From Methanomassiliicoccales archaeon (GTDB taxonomy: Archaea > Thermoplasmatota > Thermoplasmata > Methanomassiliicoccales > UBA472), in contig DATKZX010000006.1 of the NCBI GenBank assembly GCA_035527755.1, positions 26,057-90,056 of the forward strand: a DNA stretch of 64,000 bases, written 5' to 3'. A program made the position numbers and the translations under genes. Below the pieces are notes generated by a model. The model saw only the letters and a list, made by a program, of their open reading frames with translations. It did not search any database and was not told the origin of the DNA. Of the stretch, positions 55,376 through 63,059 are shown piece by piece. Each line of letters opens with the position of its first letter. Position 1 is the stretch's first letter.

Positions 55376-55520
55376 GTTCTTCCAGACCGATTACTGATTA
55401 GGGCTCTATTAATTCTATCGCCTGTAATTTTAATGTTCACTAATTGAGAACGGGCAGCACAGTTTAATATAGCATTCTGTCGGTCCATAAGTGGATGGGG
55501 CATCCATGTCGTTGACATCG

Positions 55521-56009
55521 ATGGGGAAAGTTATCAAGGTCCTGGTACTTGACGACGAAGTCAGTTTCTTGGACCTTTGCAAGGAGTTCTTTCAAAGAGA
55601 GAAATGTATACTGGCTGACTTTGTGACGTCGCCAACACAGGCATTGGAGATGGCCGCGGAGGGCGACTATCAGGTGATCGTTTCCGATCACTCACTGCCA
55701 GGAATGGACGGACTACAGTTCCTTAGGGCGCTTAGATCGCTGCATCGGAACATGCCTTTCATTCTGCTGACCGGGAACGGTTCCGAAGGCTTGGCCATCG
55801 AGGCGGTCCAGAACGGGGCGGACTTCTATATGCAGAAGGCCGGCAATCCAAGCTCCATGTTCTCTCAGCTTTTGAAAACAGTGTGGGCGCTGGGGGACAG
55901 CGATCGGGTGGCCGAATGTCTGTCCGATCCGTTCCAGGTCTACAGCAAGGGTAGCGTGCTCTTCGTCAGCAACGGCGGGGAGAGGGTACTGGCAGCGGCC
56001 AGTAAATGA
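55521..56009 (+). CDS. stand-alone response regulator receiver protein
   Basis: KVLVLDDEVSFLDL..., phospho-acceptor context VIVSDHSLPGMDGLQFL, and LTGNGSE...A. No output domain. ATG 55506 is an alternative start. Confidence 0.8.
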   Translation: MGKVIKVLVLDDEVSFLDLCKEFFQREKCILADFVTSPTQALEMAAEGDYQVIVSDHSLPGMDGLQFLRALRSLHRNMPFILLTGNGSEGLAIEAVQNGADFYMQKAGNPSSMFSQLLKTVWALGDSDRVAECLSDPFQVYSKGSVLFVSNGGERVLAAASK

Positions 56010-57605
56010 TCAGCGTACCGTGGTCCGGCTTTGCTGCCTCATGTATCGGGTCAGATACATGCCCGTACCGCTACCGAGTCCGGTAGAACCTGATGCTTTC
56101 CAACCGCCGAAGGGCTGCGCCCCCACCATGGCACCGGTGGTCGCGCCGCGGGCACGATTGGCATAGCTCAATCCGGCCTCGATGTTCTCAAAGAAGTAAT
56201 TGACCTCTTCCGGATCGAGCGAGTATATGCCTGATGTCAGACCGTAATCCACATCATTGGCTCGGCGCACCGCATCCTTCAGGTCGGTGAACCGCTGCAC
56301 GCAGAGGATCGGCAGGAAAAGCTCGTTCTTGATCAGATAGTTATCTTCGGGCAGGCTGCTGACCACCGTTGGCATGACGAAGTGACCTTTGGCCAGCTCC
56401 GGGGACGGAGCCTTATCCCCACCCGTGTGCACGATCCCGTCCCTTTGGGCCAGGGAGATGTAGGACAGGTAGTCGTCCACCGCCTTCTGGTGGATTACCG
56501 GTCCCATGAACGTGCCTTTCTCCCGGGGGTCCCCCACCTTCATGCGAGAGATGAACATCAACAGTGAGACCATGAAATCGTCGTAGACCAGTTCATGGAC
56601 ATAGGCCCTGGAGCAGGCGCTGCACTTCTGACCGCTGAAGCTGAAGGCCGATAAGGCCACGCCGGCGACCGCTCGCGCCAGGTCCGCCTTCTCGGTCACG
56701 ATGGCCGGGTTCTTGCCTCCCAGCTCAGTGATGACCGGTATAGGTTTTCGGCGCAATGATGATGCCAGCAGCTTGAAGCCCACCTCCTTGGAACCTGTGA
56801 AGGCGATGCCTTCGATCTTCTCATTGGAGACCAGGGCCTCACCGGCCGTCGAACCTGATCCAGACAGTAGATTGATGACCCCGGGGGGCACGCCTGCACG
56901 CTCATAGATATCGTACAGCATGTGCACCGCCAACGGCGCGGGCGTCGAGGGCTTCAGCACGGCGGTGTTCCCGGTGATGATGGCCGCGGTGAGCATGCCG
57001 GTGGAAATGGCGATGGGAAAGTTGAAGGGGCAGATCACTGCCCACACCCCATAGGGACGCATGACACTGATCGGCCTCTCATCTGGATACGCCGCCGGTC
57101 TCTTCTCGGTGAATCCGTTGCGTCTCTTCATCTGCTCCGCGTAATAGGAAATGAAATCGATGGCCTCGTCCACCTCGCCGACCGCCTCATAACGGTTCTT
57201 TCCGTTGTCGAACGTCACCGCCGCGGCGATCTCAAAAAGCTCCCTGCGCATGATCTCAGCGGCCTTGTGAAATATCACCAGCCTCTTGTCCAGGTCCATC
57301 ACGGACCAGGCCTGATACGCCCTATTGGCGGAATCGATGGCCATGGACGCCTCTTTCTTTCCCCCTGACGAGAACTCTCCGATGACCATCCCGGTATCGA
57401 TCGGGCTGGTGTCGGTGAAATATTTACCTGTGGAGACCGGCCTGCCGTCGATCATGCTCTCGTACTTGCTAGCCACGTCTAAGGACTGGGCGAACCTCTC
57501 TACCGCCCTTTCATACCTGGTGTGAAATGAGGCTTCCTCCCCATCTTTGACCATGATCTCGTAAGTGTTCTGATTCTTGAAGGTCACGCCTGTCTCCTCC
57601 ATCAT
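56010..57605 (-). CDS. aldehyde dehydrogenase family, L-glutamate gamma-semialdehyde (1-pyrroline-5-carboxylate) dehydrogenase-like
   Basis: ELGGKNPAIV, catalytic FSGQKCSACSR, EAIDFISYYAEQM, and a C-terminal PFGGWKASGS. These parallel RocA/PruA-type enzymes. 531 aa. Confidence 0.7.
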   Translation of the reverse strand: MMEETGVTFKNQNTYEIMVKDGEEASFHTRYERAVERFAQSLDVASKYESMIDGRPVSTGKYFTDTSPIDTGMVIGEFSSGGKKEASMAIDSANRAYQAWSVMDLDKRLVIFHKAAEIMRRELFEIAAAVTFDNGKNRYEAVGEVDEAIDFISYYAEQMKRRNGFTEKRPAAYPDERPISVMRPYGVWAVICPFNFPIAISTGMLTAAIITGNTAVLKPSTPAPLAVHMLYDIYERAGVPPGVINLLSGSGSTAGEALVSNEKIEGIAFTGSKEVGFKLLASSLRRKPIPVITELGGKNPAIVTEKADLARAVAGVALSAFSFSGQKCSACSRAYVHELVYDDFMVSLLMFISRMKVGDPREKGTFMGPVIHQKAVDDYLSYISLAQRDGIVHTGGDKAPSPELAKGHFVMPTVVSSLPEDNYLIKNELFLPILCVQRFTDLKDAVRRANDVDYGLTSGIYSLDPEEVNYFFENIEAGLSYANRARGATTGAMVGAQPFGGWKASGSTGLGSGTGMYLTRYMRQQSRTTVR

Positions 57606-57681
57606 TGAATATGACGAGCATCTTTAATAAGCGCATCGAAACCTTGCTTCGCCTTCACACACCAGTTCCCGACACTACAAC

Positions 57682-57689
57682 TTTATATT
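57682..57689 (+). promoter_or_regulatory. TATA-box-like element upstream of acsB
   Basis: TTTATATT lies in the 80-bp divergent spacer after the P5CDH start (57605). It overlaps the TTG at 57688 that the ORF track uses as the start. Confidence 0.35.
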
Positions 57690-57783
57690 GGCGGGAACTC
57701 GATGGTACCTTATCGAGCTCGGAGAGGTTCCCTTGACCCATACCCACGATAGATCCGGACCGTTGGCAGCTGGCGATATCCTT

Positions 57784-60699
57784 ATGATCGCACGAACGGA
57801 GCGGAAGCGCTTGCTTACCATGCTGGAAAACGTGGAAGGTGGAAACGTGGTAAGGGAATCGGTGCGTCGGGTGGTTGAGGGAACGAGCCCGGACGACCTT
57901 TGGACCGCCGACCTGGGAAAGATATTGGACCTGGTTAACCGTGACCTGGCCAAAGCGACGGGTTGCGAACCGATGGCTTTGAGGGAGAAGAGGACCTGGG
58001 AGCAGGCTGGGCTACTGGCACCGTTGACGGACGTTCCTCGAGGAGAGGCCTACGATCTGTTGCTGGGTGCCCGCGAATCCTTAGCCTGCTCCATCCTCAA
58101 TTGGTGCTTGAGGGCGCTAAAGGCGTGCCCTGAAGAGATAGATGCCTTGCCGGAACTGCGACAACAGTTGCGGGAGGGAGAGGTCCGAGGATCGCTCCTG
58201 GAAGAGCACGGAGGGACGTGGTGCCTTCGCACCACGGACGATGGCCCGGTACAGCTCGAAGGTCGTCCGGCCCAGGTAATCGCCGCCTTCATGGACATGC
58301 GCCGAGAATTAGCCAGGGAATTAGGTTCGGCGACGGCCCATCTACCCCTGGCCATGAGCACCGGGGATCTGCCCTTGGCCATCGGCCAAGCGTTGATGGG
58401 GTTCCCTGTGCTGCTGACAGACCTCACCCTCGATCCCCTGGCGAAGGAGTTCCTCACCAACACCATGCGAGATCTCTTCCAGGGATCGCTCCTGAGCAGC
58501 GAGGATGACCTGAACAGGGAGATGGAGCGCCGCCGATGGTTGAGCGGGCTGCCCCATCGATACGACCCTCCGTCCCCGGTCGGGGTCAGTAACGTGCAGA
58601 TCATCGCCTCGGGCTTCCAGGGAGCGGAGCTGCTGTTGGCTCTGGCCATGATAGCCGTTCTCTCGACGATCCAGAGGAGGGGAGATGTCCCGGTCGAGTA
58701 TCCTGAGACGGGTTACTCCCTGCCATGCATCCTGGGTTGGGACGGGACGGAGGTCGGCAATGCCAGGGAACTGCTGGACGTGGTGAGAAGGTATTCCAAC
58801 CTGCCAAAGGAGAGGAGCCTGGCCGCGGCGCTGACAGCCGGGCGCTCGGTCCTGATCGCCGTCGAGGCCTTGGAAGCGTTGCGCTATCTGGACGGGGACC
58901 CACACATCGGCTCCTCCACCGTGGGCTTCATCCCGGACAAGGTCCTCAGAGAGCTGGGACTGGCCTTCGTGGACGATACCATCCCCGGAGCGGCCGTGCT
59001 CATGGGCATCCCACATGACCGCAGGCAGCTGGTGACCACCGTCAGAGAGCTGCAGGCGCGGGGATTGCTCATCATGGCCGCGGACGAGGTGGTGCAGGTA
59101 CTGCAGGAGAACGAGGTGCAGATGGGGCTGGAGATGATGCTCTATCCGCTGGGTAACTTCACCCAGCTGGTGCATTCATTGGATTTCCTGACCCGGGCCG
59201 CGCTTTCGTTCGGGGGGGTGCAGAAGGGGGACGCGGAACGGTTGTCCGCCTACTTGGCCAAGAGACCTAAGGCGTTCGTGCTGCACTTTGGACCTCTGGA
59301 CTCCTGCCGGGCGGCCATGGCGCTGGCGGCGCTGACGCACGGGGTACCCATCATCACCGACCAGGAGGTGGAGGGCGTGCCGGACCTTCTGTTCCACAAG
59401 GAACCCCAACATATGCTCCAGGGGGGTCTGGAATCACGAGACATTCGCGTGGCGGTGACCATGGTGGACATCCCCGTGCCTTTCGGACCGGCGTTCGAAG
59501 GGGAGACCGTCCGTCGACCGGACACCTATCTGGAAGCGGGTGGGGGACGGACTCCGTCCTTTGAGCTTCTACGCAGGAGATCGGAGGACGAGGTCCGCGA
59601 CGGAGAGGTTCTCGTCCTGGGACCGGAGGTGGATCAGATGGCCGAAGGCTCACAGACGCCCATGGCCATACTGGTGAACGTCTTCGGCAAACGCATGCAG
59701 GAGGATTTCGAATCGGTCATGGAAAGGCGGATACACCTCTACCTGAACTTCGCCGAGGGAGTATGGCACACCGGGCAGCGCAACATGAATTGGCTAAGAA
59801 TTAGCAAGAAAGCACGTAGGGCGGGTTTCCGCCTGGAGCATCTGGGACGCATCTTGGTCACCAAATTGAAGGAGGAGTTCGGTAACATCGTCTCCAGAGT
59901 ACAGATCATCATAATCACCGATGAGAAGGAGATCGAGCGCCGTCTGCCCGAGGCCCTGAGGGTATATCAGGAGAGGGAGGAGCGCATGGCCGGACTGACC
60001 GACGACAGCGTGGACACCTTCTATTCCTGCCTCATGTGCCAGTCGTTCGCCCCGGACCATGTGTGCGTGATAACGCCGGAGCGTCTGGGGCTCTGCGGGG
60101 CCATCAACTGGCTGGACGCTAAGACCGGCAAGGAGATCGTTCCGTCCGGACCCAACCAGCCCATAGCAAAGGGGGAGCCAGAGGACCTGGAGAAAGGATC
60201 TTGGAAGGGAGTGAACGAGGCGGTGACGGCCTTGACCCGCGGAAAGATATCCCGTTTCTGCGCCTACAGCATGATGGAGGACCCCATGACCTCCTGCGGA
60301 TGTTTCGAGTGCATCGCGGCCATGAGCCCGGACATGCAGTCGGTGATAGTGGTGAGCCGGGAGTTCCCAGACATGACCCCATTGGGCATGAAGTTCTCCA
60401 CCTTGGCCGGTTCCATCGGCGGGGGCCGGCAGACCCCGGGGTTCATCGGTATCGGTCGTCGTTACCTGATCAGTAAGAAGTTCATAACCGGGGACGGTGG
60501 GTTCCTGCGCATATCCTGGATGCCTTCCTCTTTGAAGAACAGCATGAGGGAAGAGCTTATTAATAGGGCCACGGAATTGGGAATGCCAGACTTTCTGGAC
60601 AGGGTGGCGGACGAGACGACCGTCACCGACGCGGAAGGACTGATGAACTGGATGATCAAGGTGGACCACCCCGCCTTGAGAATGCCCTCGTTGCTTTGA
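57784..60699 (+). CDS. acsB: acetyl-CoA synthase, bacterial AcsB architecture, with an additional unassigned N-terminal extension
   Basis: A-cluster ligands CLMCQSFAPDHVCVITPERLGLCG (ORF codons 781/784/793/803, from 60028) and the Cys-Gly-Cys in MTSCGCFEC (60295-60303). N-terminal-domain matches to Moorella AcsB (YPLGNFTQLVHS, VPFGPAFEGE, WHTGQRNMNWLR). The ORF is open from 57688. The first in-frame ATG is 57784. The canonical-length start would be ATG 58522. Confidence 0.9.
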   Translation: MIARTERKRLLTMLENVEGGNVVRESVRRVVEGTSPDDLWTADLGKILDLVNRDLAKATGCEPMALREKRTWEQAGLLAPLTDVPRGEAYDLLLGARESLACSILNWCLRALKACPEEIDALPELRQQLREGEVRGSLLEEHGGTWCLRTTDDGPVQLEGRPAQVIAAFMDMRRELARELGSATAHLPLAMSTGDLPLAIGQALMGFPVLLTDLTLDPLAKEFLTNTMRDLFQGSLLSSEDDLNREMERRRWLSGLPHRYDPPSPVGVSNVQIIASGFQGAELLLALAMIAVLSTIQRRGDVPVEYPETGYSLPCILGWDGTEVGNARELLDVVRRYSNLPKERSLAAALTAGRSVLIAVEALEALRYLDGDPHIGSSTVGFIPDKVLRELGLAFVDDTIPGAAVLMGIPHDRRQLVTTVRELQARGLLIMAADEVVQVLQENEVQMGLEMMLYPLGNFTQLVHSLDFLTRAALSFGGVQKGDAERLSAYLAKRPKAFVLHFGPLDSCRAAMALAALTHGVPIITDQEVEGVPDLLFHKEPQHMLQGGLESRDIRVAVTMVDIPVPFGPAFEGETVRRPDTYLEAGGGRTPSFELLRRRSEDEVRDGEVLVLGPEVDQMAEGSQTPMAILVNVFGKRMQEDFESVMERRIHLYLNFAEGVWHTGQRNMNWLRISKKARRAGFRLEHLGRILVTKLKEEFGNIVSRVQIIIITDEKEIERRLPEALRVYQEREERMAGLTDDSVDTFYSCLMCQSFAPDHVCVITPERLGLCGAINWLDAKTGKEIVPSGPNQPIAKGEPEDLEKGSWKGVNEAVTALTRGKISRFCAYSMMEDPMTSCGCFECIAAMSPDMQSVIVVSREFPDMTPLGMKFSTLAGSIGGGRQTPGFIGIGRRYLISKKFITGDGGFLRISWMPSSLKNSMREELINRATELGMPDFLDRVADETTVTDAEGLMNWMIKVDHPALRMPSLL

Positions 60700-60710
60700 G
60701 GTGTATGTAA

Positions 60711-61661
60711 ATGGCGAACGTACCGTTGCCCAAGGAGAAATGGACAGGTTCCATAGGAGAGCTGGAACTGGGGAACCCCCAGGATAAGGGAGGTTCCCGT
60801 CGCCCGGTGAAGCTGGGTGGCAATCGAGGCATGCCCTTCCTGTCCTTCGAGGACGGCGAGCGTCGGATGATCGCCATGGCTGGACTGGTGGCCGACTCCC
60901 TGGAGGATGTGCCTCAGCCGGTACGGGACGCTTTCGGTGACGACGCTGAGGACCCGGTGCGCTGGGCGAGAGCGTGGGCGGCCCGCGGCGCCGACCTGAT
61001 ATGTCTTCGTCTGACATCCACCAACCCTGAGGAAGGGGACGCGTCCCCGGAGAGCGCGGCGGACACAGTCATGGCGGTCCTGAAGGCGGTGGACCTGCCG
61101 CTGATCGTCTACGGCAGCGGGCACGAGGAGAAGGACTCCAAGGTGCTGGAGAAAGTGGGCGAGAGGGCCAGGGGCGAGCGTCTGCTTCTGGGACACGCGG
61201 AGGAGAGCGCCTATAAGTCCGTGGCCGCCGCGGCCATGGCCAACGGCCACGCGGTGATCGGGTTCTCCAACCTGGACATCAACCTTGCCAAACAGATCGT
61301 GATTCTGCTCACCGATTTCGGGGTGGGTAAGGGCGACATCATGATCGACCCGCTCATGGCCGCCCTGGGCATGGGACTGGAATATTCCTACTCGGTCAAC
61401 GAACGCATCAGGATATCGGCGCTCTCGGGCGACAGCATGCTGCGGGTGCCCATGATCTGTGACTGCACCTCCGCCTGGAAAGCTCGTGAGGCCACGGACG
61501 ACGTTCCCCATGCCGGCGATACCCTGGAGAGAGGGATCTGGTGGGAGGCGACCACTGCCTTGGCCGCCCTGCTGTCGGGCGCGGACGTCCTGGTGCTCGG
61601 TCACCCCGAGGCCATGGAGCTCGCTCGGACGGCCGTTTCGGACCTGGGGGGTGAGGACTGA
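60711..61661 (+). CDS. acsD: corrinoid iron-sulfur protein small subunit (AcsD-type)
   Basis: 316 aa TIM-barrel subunit: KGGSRRPVKLGG, ADLICLRL, DLPLIVYGSG, LLLGHAEESAYKS, IDPLMAALGMGLEYSYSVNERIR. Collinear with Moorella AcsD as I recall it. Confidence 0.85.
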   Translation: MANVPLPKEKWTGSIGELELGNPQDKGGSRRPVKLGGNRGMPFLSFEDGERRMIAMAGLVADSLEDVPQPVRDAFGDDAEDPVRWARAWAARGADLICLRLTSTNPEEGDASPESAADTVMAVLKAVDLPLIVYGSGHEEKDSKVLEKVGERARGERLLLGHAEESAYKSVAAAAMANGHAVIGFSNLDINLAKQIVILLTDFGVGKGDIMIDPLMAALGMGLEYSYSVNERIRISALSGDSMLRVPMICDCTSAWKAREATDDVPHAGDTLERGIWWEATTALAALLSGADVLVLGHPEAMELARTAVSDLGGED

Positions 61662-62986
61662 TGGCCACGGCGATCGAGATTTTCAAACACCTGCCCAAGA
61701 AGAACTGCGGGGAATGCAAGTACCCCACCTGCCTGGCCTTCGCCATGCAGCTGGCCAACAACAAGGCCAAGCTCGATGACTGCCCCCACATGAGCGAGGC
61801 CGGTCGGAACGCCTTGGCCAGCTCATCCGCTCCGCCCATACGGTTAGTGCGCATCGGCACGGGAAGGAACATAGTGGAGATGGGGGACGAGACGGAACTG
61901 TACCGTCACGACAAGCGTTTCTTCCACCCTACCGCCTTCGCGCTGCGGGTAAGCGATGACCTGAGCATCGAAGAGCTGGAGAAGAAGGTCGATCACGCCC
62001 GCTCCTTGCACTTCGAGAGGGTGGGTCAGGTGCTCAAGTTCGACATCGTGGAGGTAGAATGCCGATCCGGAGACGGAGTGAGGTACGTACAGACCCTCGA
62101 CCGTGTCTCCGAGTTGGTAGACTGGCCACTGGTGCTGCGCTGCCGCGACCCGGTCATAATGTCCGCCGCCGCCAACCGGATGAGGGAACGGAGGCCCCTG
62201 TTGCACGGTGCCGACCCTGACAACATCAAGGAGATGGTGGTGACGTCCAAAAGCTCGGGATGCCCGCTGGTCCTCTGCTCTGATGACCTGGGGAAGCTGG
62301 CCGACATGGTAGAAATAGCTCGCAAAGAAGGCGTGGAGGACCTGGTGCTTGACCCGATGCCCGGGAACATGAAGGACATGCTGGAGCGGTGCACGATCAT
62401 CCGGCGCAGCGCCATCCGCAAGACCTTCCGTGGACTGGGGTACCCTATCTACATGGGCATGCCCGTTGGGAAGAACGGCATGCTGATGGCCCTGACAGCG
62501 GTCATGAAGTACGGCAGCCTGCTCTCGTTCGAAGAGATGCCATCATCACAGGCACTGCCGCTCCTGGTACTGAGACAGAACATCTACACAGACCCTCAGG
62601 TGCCCATACAGGTCAAGCCTGATCTGTACCCGGTGAACAACCCCGGGGCTGATGCTCCGATCCTCTTCACCACCAATTTCTCGCTCACCTATTTCACCGT
62701 GCTCTCGGACATCGAGAAGAGCAAGGTGCCTGTATGGCTGCAGGTGGTGGACACGGAGGGTCTCTCCGTGCTCACGGCCTATTCCGCGGGAAAGCTGACC
62801 GCCGACGGTGTGAGGAACGCGCTCGAGGCCAGCGGCGCTAACGGTAGATCGAACAGAGGCGTGCTGGTGATCCCGGGCATGGTGGCCCGGATGAGCGTCA
62901 AATTGAACGAGAGCACCGGACTGCAGATCGTCGTCGGACCCAAGGAATCCTCCGGCCTGCCCAAGTTCCTGAGGTCCATGAGCTGA
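61661..62986 (+). CDS. acsC: corrinoid iron-sulfur protein large subunit (AcsC-type)
   Basis: N-terminal [4Fe-4S] motif CGECKYPTCLAFAMQLANNKAKLDDC (CX2CX4CX16C). 441 aa. The start overlaps the acsD stop by 1 nt (TGATG). Confidence 0.85.
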   Translation: MATAIEIFKHLPKKNCGECKYPTCLAFAMQLANNKAKLDDCPHMSEAGRNALASSSAPPIRLVRIGTGRNIVEMGDETELYRHDKRFFHPTAFALRVSDDLSIEELEKKVDHARSLHFERVGQVLKFDIVEVECRSGDGVRYVQTLDRVSELVDWPLVLRCRDPVIMSAAANRMRERRPLLHGADPDNIKEMVVTSKSSGCPLVLCSDDLGKLADMVEIARKEGVEDLVLDPMPGNMKDMLERCTIIRRSAIRKTFRGLGYPIYMGMPVGKNGMLMALTAVMKYGSLLSFEEMPSSQALPLLVLRQNIYTDPQVPIQVKPDLYPVNNPGADAPILFTTNFSLTYFTVLSDIEKSKVPVWLQVVDTEGLSVLTAYSAGKLTADGVRNALEASGANGRSNRGVLVIPGMVARMSVKLNESTGLQIVVGPKESSGLPKFLRSMS

Positions 62987-63059
62987 ACCCAGTGTTTTTT
63001 TAGAAACCATTATAATTTTCGTCCATCATGTGGGCCCATTTCGGACCTACGGTGAATCG

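Noticed and set aside
57688-57783. The TTG at 57688 as the acsB start codon.
   Set aside because: It lies inside the TATA-like element, only 83 nt from the divergent gene start. A transcript starting downstream of the TATA box could not include it. The first in-frame ATG (57784) is the more plausible start.
59794-61604. Two long minus-strand ORFs (407 aa and 380 aa) antisense to acsB/acsD.
   Set aside because: Same reasoning as above. The sense strand encodes highly recognisable AcsB/AcsD sequence, and the antisense products are Arg/Pro/Gly-rich with no motifs.
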